Of a stretch of 64,000 bases of DNA, positions 37,043 to 50,588 are shown piece after piece. A model generated the notes under the pieces. It was not told the DNA's origin. It did no database searches and saw nothing but the letters and a program-made list of their open reading frames with translations. The position numbers were made by a program, and so were the translations under genes. Numbering within the stretch: the first letter of the stretch is position 1; the number at the start of each line of letters is the position of its first letter. Origin of the DNA: Kondoa subrosea. Its lineage: Eukaryota. Location of the stretch: contig BCIN01000001.1 in the NCBI GenBank assembly GCA_039545335.1, positions 1,472,604 through 1,536,603 on the forward strand, written 5' to 3'.

Positions 37043-40000
37043 TTACGCCAGGTACTAAAAACAGTCATCAGCATAGTCCAAGACCTTGCAGGCTGACTTA
37101 CAGCATAAGTGTCTCTTTGACCATCAACACGCTCCAGATATTCTTTGTCCAGCAACTATTGCCGACAGCATGAGCTTCTACGAGCTTCGTAAAGCAGGAA
37201 ACTCACAGTATCGATAGCCTTCTTGATGTCACTGACTTTCGGGTTGAAGCGAGTAGACAGTTGAGTAATAGCTTCTTGAATGAGCTGTTGGTGCTTTAAG
37301 GTCTGCAAGTAATCTGAGCTCGGTCGAGAAGTAAATAAAACGATGTTTACCTTTCGCGATTTCATAATTCGCACAATGACAGCCTGTATGCAGACAAGAT
37401 CCTCTATCAATTGAACACTAAATGTCCTCGTTGTCACTGACCTGAATGAGCAGCTTCCTGTCTTCGTCAACACTCTTTTGTACATCAGCTGCTTCGGCCT
37501 TGACTTCACTCTTGATAGGCATATTCAAGTTGACCCGGACCTGTACGGATCACAAGCTCTTAGCTTTGATGAAGCGAAAGGCTCATCGTCCGCACCTTCT
37601 TCGACTTGAACTTGAGATTAAGCTCATAGTTGCCATCCTTCTCCTCAATGACTCTCTGTTTGCACAAGAGACCCAAGTTGCCCTTCAAGTTGTTTTCATC
37701 CATCTTAGTAGCTTGCTTCAGGTCTTCGAGAGTGATGCTGTCGCCAAGATGATTGAACTGAAGCAGGATGGCGGATTGCTGTGAGCTGACTTGAAGAGTG
37801 TACTTCTGACCAGTGTAATTTGTTCGCAATTCGTTTCGAGACAGATTCCATAGCCAGGTCAGCTTCCGTCCGCTGTTCGAGAATGCGCATTCAGCCGCAA
37901 GCACATGATGCGCCAAGCCAAAAGTCCGACGAACCTGTACTTGTTGTTGTAGAAAGCCAAAAAGCGTTCGTAGGTCTTGAGAAGTTCTTGTGGAATATGC
38001 ATAGGCTCCGTTGGTGCAGTCAAAGGCCATGCAGCAGTACCAAGAACGAGAATGTGAAAGTCGACTGTCAGAATCCCGAACGATTAACGAGACAAGACAC
38101 TCATGCGACAGAGAGCAACTGACCATAAAGATCCTTGTCATCTTCATTACGTGACAGCTTCTCCTTGAACTCGTCATTCAACTCTTTGCAAACAGCAATG
38201 TCTGGGATCATCATTCAGCTATTGAAGTAATTAATTGATAACGACCAATACTGACCTCCAAACATGCGCGTCAGCTTGCTGGTGTACTCGAAACCGCAAG
38301 CGTCCTTGAGTTTTGAAATCATGTTCCCCTCAGCTTCGTCCGAAGCAGAAGCAAAGTGAATCAATCGTTTAGCCAACATCTTGGAGTAGAACTTCTGGAA
38401 GATATCTTTGTCTTCGATATATCGGAAGATAGTCATCTGTAAGATTGAAGAAGGCATCATGAGCATAATTCCCAAGCAGCACATCCATGCGTACAATACG
38501 AGTTAAAGCATTCTCCAAGTCATCTTCTTCAGCAGACTTGTTAGACTTACGCAGAAGACCATCAGAGTACTTGGAAAGGAGTTCAGGCGATTTTGAACTA
38601 GATGAACCGCAAGCTTTGTTTCGGTTGACAAATTCTCGGCAGGCCTGTTGACGATACAAGCTTATGAGCAAGAGCAGTGCATAAGGTCACGACGGACAAA
38701 CCTTGTCTAAAGAAGCGACGAAACCAGGTTCGCCCTTGAAAGCGCGTTGTACCAGTTCGTGATTCTTGCCATGTACAGCCAGCAATGCATCAACGTAGGC
38801 TTTAGGTTCCTGTGCATTTATTGTGGACTACCGATCAGCGAGAGGCTGATGGAATAGTCCTTGGAACGCACAACGTCAGCACCTTTCTCAGTTCCGCAAA
38901 TCCTCTCAACTCCTTCTGTACCCGCTCGCTTGACATGACCTTCGAAGCGTTCTCTGAGTGGATCCAAACCATTTGGAATACGGAAAAGCAAATTGTACAT
39001 TCGATTGAGATCATCTTCTTTATCCGCATCCAACAAACGTTGAAATTCTTCCTGCAAAGTTTCCGAATGATTCTTGACCAAGACGTTTTCGCAAGTGAGG
39101 ACCAATGATTTCCTAGACGAAGCATGCAAGTACATATCTACTCGATCTTCTTCTTCTTTCAGTCGAACTTCCGCTTTTACCATGTAATCCGTTACTGAGT
39201 TCTCTGCGATAAAAGTATCCGATTCGTTCTTGTAGTACATTTCTGTTGCAGTAATGAATGGTCTTTCGAAACCTTCCTTGTAAACATCCAGGTTCTGACG
39301 GTTCGCATCGTTCTCGTCAATACCCAAAGCAACAAGAGATTCGACTACACGTTCCATCAAGTTGGTATCGATCGCTTCTCCATTACGCTGTCTTTCAATT
39401 AAGCGCAAAACAGCATTGGTGAGTTTGTTCTTCTGTTGCACATGCTTGAAGAAATGATCTCGCCATTGTACTAGAGCGAGCTGTACATTTGGAAGGAAAG
39501 TCGGCATCAGAGTCCGTCTGATAACGCCACTCCAGCAAACGCACTGTGTAGACTGGATAAACATTCTTTCTCCCTTCATCTTTTTCTCGTTTGATCCAAT
39601 GTCGGTTCAAGTAAGTGAAGAGACGGTTGACGTAAGAAGCACCAGTAGTGTATCTCTTCCATTCGTCCGTGTAGTACTTGAGTAAAGGTTCATCAGCTAA
39701 TTCTTCAGCGTCCTGTCAATAATCGTCCTTTCAAGCAAAATTTGCTTGCTTTGAAGAAATATTACGAACCGATCGAACGCCTTTTAGATGAGAAGTAAAG
39801 TAAGTGTTTAGAGATTTGTACAGATCAGCGCCCATAAGGTTAGCTCCGCCTATAAATTTGTTGCGGTCTAATCAGCTTCTTCATATCACTTTCGATACGG
39901 AAGAAAATGAGACTGACTTCGTGCGTTCCCTCCTACGTCGTTGATGGAATTGGTGTTCATGCGTGAAGAGGTACAGAAGTTGTAGATGCTAGAAAAGCGA

Positions 40001-40537
40001 GATTTGGACTGCAACTAGAGGAAGACCAGGGGGTACTTACACACTGTATGGTCGGTTCACCAAGCAGAATCAGCATGAAGTAGATTACTGCACGAGCGAC
40101 ACATACGTGTATAGAGACATACTAGAAGCATATCTCATCAGAGAGAATACAAGCTGCGGTCGAACGCAAACTCACTAATCAGAGTAACTCATTCCCTCCT
40201 TGAGTCGGGTCCTGTACGAAGCACTTTAACTGAAGACAGAGCTGTCTGTCGTTAATGTGGACGTACATGATGAGTTCGACACCAGATTCGATGAAAGTCC
40301 ATGTTGCGCTTCAGAAGCGTGGCAAGGTCAGCGTGCAGAGCTTGAAAGAGGACTGGAACATACACGATGTCTGTAGCTGGTGGCATTGGCTTGCCCTGTC
40401 AATGAGTTGATTAGCAGGAGTTCTGAGCTTTGTATTATGCTCTTGAAACTTGCTTGGAATTGCATAGGTCCTGCGTAATGCATGGGTTAGCGAGAGCTAC
40501 AGCAGGCAGTGACAGCGAGGAGCTGACCTTTGCTCAT
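37043..40537 (-). CDS. CUL1: Cullin-1 (SCF scaffold)
   Basis: [82 protein letters not shown] (neddylation site), YAYLA*. Confidence 0.96.
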
Positions 40538-41193
40538 CTTGGATTGAGCTCGACTTGGTTTGGGACAAGAGGGTTGCTCCCTCTTTCACGAACGATGTCG
40601 CATGTCTGGGCCTCTGCTCTAGATAGACAGGACAGAACGCTGTCTGAATACACTATGGGCTGTTTTCTGGTGTCGCTTTTTGCGTGTTTGTACTCAGATT
40701 CAACTTGTTCAAGCTCTTCCGTTTCTCGTAGCCTTGTCTGTCTTCTAGTACTCCAAGGCTTTCCACTTCTTGCAAGTAGCTAGAATCAGATGAAGACTCA
40801 ACTGGCTAAGCATCACTTGACACAGCCCGACATCACTTTCTTCGCGTATCTCGATTCGAACATCTCGGTCCGTTCTTCTTTGCTTTTGATAGCATTGGTC
40901 TCATCAGTACAGTAGCTCGGATCTTCTCGCTCGGTCTCTGATGTATAGCGACTTCCGTGGCAGGCTGTGCGGGATCTTGATAAATTCTCGAGCTGAACCG
41001 GGTTCCTGTCGAGTTTGACTATTCTTTGATGATCGCATGATGAGAATGGTCGTCCATCCAGTCCTATCCACTATTAGAGCCAATGGAAGACATCTTCCGA
41101 ACCACTTCTTGCATATCGGCAGACTTGAGAAAATATTGTCTGCCGAGATTCCCTTGCAATGGCAGAAATAGGCAGATAATATTCACTGCCTCT

Positions 41194-42103
41194 ATGTCTA
41201 TGACCTTCGAATTCGGTGTTCTTCCTTCTTCTTTGTCTTCCATCCTATCTAATCTCTTAAACATCTCATACTCTCAAGCATGCCTATTGAAAGTGCGTTG
41301 AACCACGTCAAATGATTAAAGTTCTCACCGAGAATGATATAGGACGTCCTGTATTCGGTGGCGGTGTCGGTATATCACGTATTCTTCGAATCGGGATTTC
41401 CTCTTTCTGGTGACTTACCAGGCTTCTTCGACAACAACGTCATGATTGGCTGTTATCCGAGCTCAAATGCTACTCTTTGGGTAGATCGATGGAACACGCC
41501 TCATACTGTCGGTGAGCTAGTTCTTCTGATTTAAGCCAAGACCAGAACTCTTACAGGGTTGCGCAGTCGCAGAAAATGGCGTGCTTGGCTATCTAGTGAA
41601 CGGTGCATGGACAACTGTACCTCCCTTGAGTAGGTCCTTTTCCTTTGATCACACCTACGACTCAAAAGACCACTGCAGATCCCTCTGCAGGGACTGCCTC
41701 GCGTCAGCAGCATCCGGAGCAACTTCCTCCACGTCAACAGCATCTGGTAGTTTCAGTACGTTTATATTGGAGCTAGGGAATCCCCATTTCGATTATTAAT
41801 TGTTTCACGTAGCTGTTACGAATCAAGGCAACAAGCAAAGTCAGTCCTCAATCAATAGTCTTTCCCCAAACCACTGACTTCTAACATTTGAAGTCCATCA
41901 CGATGCTAATGGCAATAAGCTAGGACACTTCGAACATCGGCAGGGTCAACTGATTTGGGTCCCGGTTCCAGGCGGGCCTCAGCTTGCAGTGGATCGTTAC
42001 ATTCCACCTGGTATATTCAAGCTAGACTATCGTACTTACGTCGCTCAAGTTAATGATTGCGACAGGCAGCTTCAATCTTGGCAACATCCTGCGCAAAGGT
42101 TGA
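41194..42103 (+). CDS. Hypothetical multi-exon orphan protein
   Basis: A chain of canonical GT-AG introns can be joined into one open frame (MSMTFEFACLLKDVLY...GYLVNGAWTTVP...GHFEHRQGQLIWVPVP...); both ends uncertain. Confidence 0.4.
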
Positions 42104-42507
42104 TTGGCCCCTTAGCGGAGTCTACATCTACTACAAGTGCAATCCAATCATGTCTTTTTCCCTTGCTTACCTTAAAAGCTGACACTGCCTCAGCTATGTA
42201 GAAACTTTGTGCTCCTAGTCACCGTAAGAAAGATTTCGCGCTAATATACAGGCTTGTCGCGCAAATGCACGCGATTTTCACCACGTCCGATCAGACGATT
42301 ACAGTCTGCATCTTCATCAGCCAAAGCTATCGCATTGAGTGCCATTGTTTACTTTTGCAGTTTTTGGAATGAGGCTCTTCTCGTTACAGCGAACTCAAGA
42401 TTCCAGGCTTTTAACATACCCAAGCACTCTATAGACTACACGTAGTAGCTGAGTGCTGGCATTGATATCCCTTTCGTTCTCTCTGTACTTTCGTTGTCCG
42501 CTCTACA

Positions 42508-45500
42508 ATGCGAAAAGGCCACCTTTCGTACAAAGTACCTAATGTCAAGCTTCGTCCAGCACCACAAGCTGCAGCATCACAACAACGCGTAGTCAAACCT
42601 GTCACTCGAACCAAATACCTTAGACGAAAGAATAAGATCACCGAAGAAGTCGAAGAAGAGCAGCCTGTTGAAGGGCAAGAGGATGTTGAGGCAGAACAAG
42701 AAGAAGAGTTTGATGCGATTGCTCAGTCTGCTAGAGAAAGAAAACCTTTGGAAGGCAAGACAGTTTGTTTGACTGGTTTGCGCGATCAACGGGTCAGTCA
42801 TTAGCCATGCATGCATCGCCCGATGCTCATGTTTAATCGACTGACAGACTGAGTTGCAAAATATGGCTCGATCATTAGGTGCTGAAGTAGATATGGCTCT
42901 CACGCTGGACGTGACCCATTTAGTTGCTACTTCGGTCATGACACCCAAATACAAGGCGAGTAACCTGTTACTTCGTCCTCAATCACTCAACTTACAATGA
43001 TACAGGTCGCTATCGACTATGGAATCAAAGTCATGTCACCTTCTTGGCTCGAATCCATGCATGCCCAATATTTGCGCGGAGAACCAGTTGATCTTCTTCA
43101 AGCCACAGCTTTACACACACTACCTATCTTTCATGATCTTCAGATCTCAATTACTGCCATACCAGTACAACCACCTCAACCGAGAAAAGCTTTAATCGAA
43201 TCATTAGTAGAACATGGAGCTACTTTCCGCGCCAATTTTACCGACAACGTCACTCATTTACTCGTTGGTTCTGAAGTCGAAGCACAGAGCGTCTTCGCCC
43301 TAGCTAAAGTTATGAAAGCGCATGAGTTCCGGAGTACGAAAGGATCAGAAGTGAAAGTCGTTTGGAGTGAATGGTTGCAAGATTCTTTGACTATGGGAGG
43401 CGCTCTGGATGAAGTAAAGTATGATGTCAAGTTGCCTAGACCAGATCCGAACAGAATTATTGGCGTGAAATCTTGTCAGTGGTGTATCCCCCTTCGCTAT
43501 CTATGGTAGCTGAAGGCTCTTCCGTTTGACAGCGCAACAGTCTACTTCCAGTCCTAACAAGCTGCTGAGGCAGGATACCATTACCAACCTCTCAACCGAA
43601 GTGCCCGCTACAAGCAATGCCGCCTCTTCTGCCAATACTGGTATCAAACGTCAACGCAACGAAAATGGCGATGAGACCGAGGTTGTTGGAATCAAGAAAC
43701 GCGCCCGACCCAATAATACTTCTTCAGCTTTATTCGATGTCTTAGGTTACGATGCTGCTGCACCTGCCAGTATGAATCTGGACGATTTACCATCTCTGCC
43801 AGAAGTACCTACTGCACTTGCGACTAATGTCCAAACGGAGATAAAGGAAGCTTCACAGACTCAGTCAATGAGGAGATTAGCGCAAAACCGAACTGCTTCT
43901 TTCGCTTCATCTTCTAGACCTTCAGCTAAAGCACCTATTCTTCCCAAGAAAGAAGAAAATAGTGCTGTTTTGGATGATACCATCATGGCTGATGATTCTG
44001 GCTTCCAAACTACTTCTTCACCTAAAGTCAAGCCAAAGACTATACCGTCTTCTAAATTAGGCACTGCTCACGTTGATCTCGACCGGACAGAAGATATTGA
44101 TACTACTATGCAAGAAGCTGCTGAACCAGATCAAAGCCCCATAAAAGAGATTTTCAAGGATTGCAAGATCTGGTTGAGAGGTTTCGAACGTTCGAAAGCT
44201 TTGAATGCTGGTTCGGTCTGTCAAGAAGAAGGTGCTACTGTTTATATTGGTGGTGATGGCATCGGGAAAGAAGCAGAAATCGATTGGATTGTCGTTCCGT
44301 TTCTCAAGTAAGGATGTATCGGAAAGTTTGAGCCCAATCAAATTGCTCATTCGGATGACAGAGAATTACCAGAAGATATCGATGTCAACGACGAGAGAGT
44401 AGTCACGGACGCTTGGCTGGAAAGATGCTTCTTCCTTCAAGAAATCATTCCTGTTGAAAATCATTTTGCTGCAAAACATCGAGCTGCTTATCCGTTAAGA
44501 GGTGAGTTGCGTCTTTCCGCATCTTCGACACCATCCTAATACATCTGGATCCAGAATCGCAAAAGTATGAGCTCTCGCATTCTGGCTTCGATGAGTGCGA
44601 CCAAGTCAGCATCAGGCGAATATGTGAAGCCTTGGGTGGGTCGATTGGACATGTGTAAAAGCTGCAAGGACTTACGAATGCGTGAACAGGCGTTCCTCAC
44701 TCAAACAAACTTGATCTAGCAAAGACTACTCATATGCTCACAGTAGCTGAAGAAGGTCGTAAAGCTCAACGAGCAAGAGAAGCTGGTATTCCTGTTCACG
44801 GGATCGACTTCTTGCTAGATTTGGTCGATCAGTCTCGGCGTGATCAGGAAGACGAGCAGCAAGTGGTGCGGAAGGTCAAGGAAGAACAAGAAAGCCTGGC
44901 TTTGCCGCATGCAAGCGTCAAACAAAGTCAAAAGAAGACTAATGGTGAGCAATTGCTCTGTGCCTGCTGACTCCAATGTCTGACTCTTTGAACAGCTGGT
45001 GTACCCAAACCTCTTGCGGGATGCATTATCATGCACAGCAGCAAGCTACAACACCATCGACCCAAGATAATGCAACAGATTGACCAATTGGGCGGCGTAT
45101 TCGCCTACTCTTACAAGCCTCAAGTCACTCATCTTATTCACCATTCGACGCGCGATAGAGAGACATTTGGTGATTTCAAAAAAGCACGGAAAGACAAGAA
45201 ATTCATCTGTCACCCTCGTTGGCTTGAGGAATGTCTGTCCAAGAGCAGCAGGCCGGATGAGCGTGCATACCCTCACACTTGGTCTCAAAACAAGCAGCTC
45301 GCCTATGTAGTTGCTTCTGACTCGCAGGCTATCGGGTCAACTAGTCAAAGTCAAAGTCGAGCTGCTACTCCCTCGATTACTCGCCGAACTTCATCTGGAT
45401 CGCAGAAGCTTGCGGATCCTCTGTCGGACGACCTTCCACCTCCTCTCGAATTCCCTGATTCTGCAATGCCACCTCCGTCCGAAGTGGCCGTGCAGAAGGA

Positions 45501-46283
45501 GGAGATGATCCTCGATGGCTTGAACGATGCTTCTGAATTCATCATTCCCCCTGCCGCTGAGCCTGCTCCTCTTCAGGCTCAGCATACACATATTGGCAAA
45601 GAGTCACAAGATGCTCATTTCACTCAGCTGAAGTCGAGTGCTACTGTGCAAGATGATCCAGAACTTCAGCGCACTACAAGTGCAACCGTAGAAGGACCTC
45701 AGATCACTCCTCCTTTGCCAGAACATCCTCCATCAGCAGAGGGTGAGAAGGAAACACCAAACAAAAGTGTGCAAGGCGGTTTGACTGAAGGTGCTTTGGA
45801 CCATTATCGAAAAGTTTGGGGTGTTTCTGTCGATGCCGGGAACTCTTCTGGGAACAGCAGTACGGCTAGCAAGAGTAAACGGAAGATCAGACCTACTGAT
45901 CGTCGACGAGTGAGTTGTCCTCACCTCATCGAAATCTGCAGAATGTAGCTGAATCAATTTTGGCTTAGAATCAGTCTGTCGACAAACAACCTCTACCAGC
46001 TGATGCGATCGATGAAGATCGTCTCTTTGGTCATCATCCTGAGCTTCGTCGTCCACCTCGACAACCTTTCGACATGTCTCAAACTCAAGCAGTTCAATTT
46101 GATGATTTCGACAAAGAACCAGCAGAAGAATCTATGCGCATCGTCGTCATTGATCCTGCTGCAGCTGCTGCTCGAGCAGAACTCTTAGGTCAAGTTTACA
46201 AACCGGAAGTTGGTCATGTTTTGGATTTATCACCAGTTATAGATAAGCGAAGAAGTACGAGGAAAGCTGCTGAATCGAGATGA
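42508..46283 (+). CDS. DPB11: Multi-BRCT replication/checkpoint scaffold, Dpb11/Cut5/TopBP1-like
   Basis: Several BRCT repeats: PLEGKTVCLTG..VTHLVA..KYKVA..VMSPSWL, VTHLLVG..VVWSEWLQDS, VVTDAWLERC, VTHLIH..ICHPRWLEEC. Confidence 0.75.
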
Positions 46284-46504
46284 TCGAGGCAGAAGATGAC
46301 GTAGATGTCATTCAGTAGTACAGTGCAGCTGTGTATTATTAAGAATATCATTACATGTTGTCTAATACAGTACAATGCTTTTCTGACCTGCAAAGCGACT
46401 TCTTTACGCAAATACAAGCGCGACGATAAATAAGTTAAAATAAATTATGAATACAATGCGAGCAAGCCGTTCAAACCATAGTGATGTCTTCTAGCACGAT
46501 AGTC

Positions 46505-47808
46505 TTAGCAAGCGACGGATGATTTGATGAGAGGAATATTTGGTAGAGCCAGAGGGGTAAGAGTATTTCTGAGGTATAGTTCTGATTGCCTTTTGGCTAA
46601 AGGATGAGTATTGGCATGCTTCAAGATGGGGCGCGGACCGGACAGAGGTTCGACGGCGTTGGACGATATTGCTACCAAAGGGGAATCAAGTGCGAGGGAT
46701 AAAACGGGAGATATATCGACAGAAGGAGATTCAGTTAAAGAAGCTGCTTTTTCATCAGGAAGCTGGTCTTCTTCTGCTTCATCTCCGTTTTTCAAATAGG
46801 CATAGGTACTATATGGAAGAGCAGATTGAAGGAATTCTTCATCGCCAAGAAGTTCATCTAATATGATATCGTCTAGTTCGTCTTCGTCCGAGCCATCCTC
46901 AGAATTATCGCCAAAGAGGTCCGAATTGCCCAAAGGTTCTTCCACAATTGAAGTGCTTGTTGCTTCCGCTGAAGGTAATGGCGGCAGCTGTTCCTGGAGG
47001 TTTGGAGAGAGCGGCTCCTCTGTTGAAGTGCTACAGAGGGGTTCAGGTAAGATGGGTGATATAGTAGTGGTGCGTGACCAAGCTGCGCGAGACATATCAT
47101 AAATGATGACGCGTTTCGAAAGGTCAAGAAAAAGACTAACCGTTCCATGCGACGAATTTTCGCAATTTGAGACAACTTTCGCCCTGTTGCTGACCGCCTA
47201 AACGTAATCTCAAAGCGGATATAAGCTGAATCTTCAAAGCAGCTTGATTGGCAACAAATTGACTTTCTTCTGATCTATGATCTGGCGGAGCTGATGCGCT
47301 ACGAGTAGTTCTTGTGAAGAAGTGTTTGACTTCTCCAGCTGGCGTATTTCGGGGTAGGATAGGAAGGCTTGATCTTTTCAATGACGGTCTATTCTTTGGC
47401 CGCATGCACATTTGCTTGAAGGCTTCGTAGAGATCTGAGCTTGACTTGCCCCATTCGTCTGAATCGATCCAACAGCTGTCATTGGGCTGCATACGGCTTG
47501 GCTTCCATTGAGCAGTCGCGTGAGGTTGTACCAAAGAAGCACACAATCGTGGCTGTGAAGATTGAGAGTGACGCGGCCTTAGTAAAGCAGTAGAAGTGAT
47601 GCTGTGTCCAATCTTGCGCTTCTTGAATCGCAAATGTTCATATTGGCCTTGAGGAAAATTCCGTTTGACCGCATTACTGGAAGGCGTGGCATTGGAATTG
47701 TGCACAACAGGCTGGAAATGGTAGTGCAGAGGCGCCAGTGAAGCTAGCAACACGATTCAGCATCTGGACCGCTTATCATCTCTTTATCAGCTTTTGCTTA
47801 CCTTGCAT
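46505..47808 (-). CDS. Hypothetical low-complexity protein with possible PP1-docking motifs
   Basis: MQ|ASLAPLH...; two introns join ORFs 47136-47753 and 46505-47095; KFVAW and RPILKH motifs; acidic tract. Confidence 0.55.
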
Positions 47809-48843
47809 ATCTTGCCGAGTAATTCGGTCGAGGATTTGACACTTGGCTGCTGCGCTTCGCTACTACCAACGACCAATTCTGACGTGCTGTATTGCTCTTC
47901 AAGGTGGCTCTCAAGGATAGAGCCCTCTCTCAGGCCAAGAAATCAGACGACTCGCCGGATGTCCGGCATAATGACGATGGAAGCTAAGTCAAGGAAGACT
48001 AGTCAGCACGCTACCGTGGTAAGGTGTATACTATGGCACTGAACTGCTCACAGCCGCACTCTGCCCAGAGAAGCTTTGGTTTTGGGTCATTCTCAGGCTC
48101 CAAGTCTTGTGTGTCTTTCTATATGACTTGCACATCTCTAAAGCTGTCGTGCACCCTTGCATGTTGCTTCATTACAATTGCTCTCTTTTCCTGCGCTCAA
48201 CGAGCTAGGTCTTCTGAGGAAGTCTTTTTCATCTTCTTCACTTTTTGCTGTGGAAGCTTTCAAAGTGGTATGGATTGCAAAATTTTCGCAGTATTGGTAT
48301 CATCGCGGGCCTAGATGGCTGTTCTTGAGACTGCCGCTACAATTGCTTACACTATTGCTTGATTACTGGCTTTCCGGTGCTGATTGATGCAGCGTCTTTC
48401 CAAGGTTTTCTTGTTTGCCCATCTCTTGGCTCGCGTGATGTTTGAAAACTGGCAATTTGACATCCGTGAGGCTGTGAGTTGTTCGTGCCTCGCTGCGAAT
48501 AGAAGTCCTAAACATATCGACCTAGTCCAGAATGTGCCGTAACGCCGTAACCCCGTATACATGACACAAACACGTCGACCTTGACTTTTCCTGCTCCTCG
48601 CTCCCTCTCTTGTCCTGCCTGACTAGACGCGAACAACTTTACCCGTCGGATTGATCATCAACCTAATCAATAGTCCCGACCCGCACGTTTGTCTCTCTGA
48701 TTTGTGAACCCCACATATACCGACCATACTTTTGGTTTGAAACGTGTCTGTCCTGCTTCCTCTTGATCGTTATTATCAAGACTCATTGCATCTGCGCTCT
48801 ACAGAACGCTCTGCGCGGTTTGGGCAAAAATAGATACTGCAAG

Positions 48844-50269
48844 ATGTTGAGGAGCCAGTCTTTGGGTCGCAGTCGAAGTCACAATTCACTATCATCGCTC
48901 ACTCAAGAGGAGACTGTCAGCTTAATACGTCAAGGTTGCCATCGAACAGATACTGGCATTTCAATGGATTCCGAATGCAACTTCGCGGCTGGAGAAATGC
49001 ATGGAGCAGAAAGGAAACACGAAACCAACTATGCTTTTCCATCTTACGCGTCCTCTGCACTTGATCTAGAAAAACTCGGACCAATTCATCTCGAATCACC
49101 AGTTCATCTAAATTTTACTCACAAGGCTAAACGAAGCTGGTCTTCTTTTAGACTCACAAGGCGACATATTCCACTTGTGGCTCTGCATCTTTTAGGCTTC
49201 TTGTGGTTCTTGTCCTTCATATTACCTTCTCCTGTCAAACATCAAACCTGGAGCCGACTCTACGGAAGAGCTTCACCTTCTAGTCCGCTATATCAAAATA
49301 TCCCAATCACTTTAGGTGTAGTGCCGAAGCTAGTGCATTCACATAACGATTGTATGTTCTTCCCTTGTCGTCATATGAACCAGCTGACGTTCCCATCCTC
49401 AGATGAACAACCAGTTCCTTTGTATGCTGCTTTGGCTTTTGGCGCAAGTTCGGTAGAAGCAGATGTCTGGCTGATAGATGGTGAAGTACGAGTGAGTGAT
49501 ACATATGTGCTGGAATGCATTACCAGAATAACAGGACACGTGCAGGTTGGTCATCATTATTGGTCAACAAGACCAGGAAAGACTTTGAAGAGCATGTATG
49601 TGGATCCTTTAGTGGACATGTTGCAGAAGAGCAATTCGTGAGTCGATCAAACCCCCATAACGCGAATTAGATCTAACTGTGAAAACGCAGATCTTGTATT
49701 TTCCCTTTGGCGCCAAAAGTCTCGCTGCAATTTCTGATCGATTTCAAAGAAGGTTCAAAAGAGTACGTCGTGCCATCAGCGAAGGAGCTACAGCTGACAA
49801 TTCCTTCGGCAGACTGTACGAAGCTGTTCTTGCGGAATTGGAACCTTTGCGATCACAAGGTTGGCTAACGACGTACGATGGAGAAATGAAATCTTCCGCA
49901 ATCACTATCGTTGGATCAGGTGAAGCAAGACTGGATCTCATCAGCGCTGCACCAAAACGCGATCTCTTCTTTGACGCGAAACTCGATCTGCTTTCATCTC
50001 CTGCATACAAAAATATTACAGCTTACATCAGTCCAATGGCTTCTGTTGATATTAACAAGACTGGCTACAATTTGTTCTTCTTCTGGCGATCGAGTCCTTA
50101 TGAAGTGATGCAAAGTTGGATTGACCAAGCTCATTCTAGAGGTATCGCTGCAAGATTCTGGGGAGGTCCAAAGCCCGCCTGGTTGAGGAGAAAGATTTGG
50201 TTCGGTTTAGTTGCAAGAGGGTTGGATTGGCTCAACAGCGATCATCTGGAAGAGGCAACAATGTGGTGA
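48844..50269 (+). CDS. AIM6: AIM6-like PLC/GDPD-type phosphodiesterase, membrane anchored
   Basis: TM segment, VHSHND|YEQPVPLYAALAFGASSVEADVW, TLKSMYVDPL, LQFLIDFK, GIAARFWG, LDWLNSD. Confidence 0.75.
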
Positions 50270-50588
50270 AAAAGGTGACATTGAAGGGACACTGTAATTT
50301 ATTGAAGTGTTGTAACAGACGGACCTTGAGTTCAGTTGTATGTAGAGATCATCATTGCATTCTTACCATATCCAATCTTTGTATGTTCAGCTGATGGAGC
50401 ATGTGATTTCCAATGTGCATCCCCGGATTCGCCTCTTTTCCTCTTCTACCATTAGCTAGCTGCGCAAGCATCCTATCTACGCGTTAGAGGATACAAGCAT
50501 ACAAGTCAAGAAACACCGCATCTGCCCGCTAGCTGCTCGCCTAGAACATCACTCATTTCCCTATAACTCCTGTTTTTCAGCATACATA

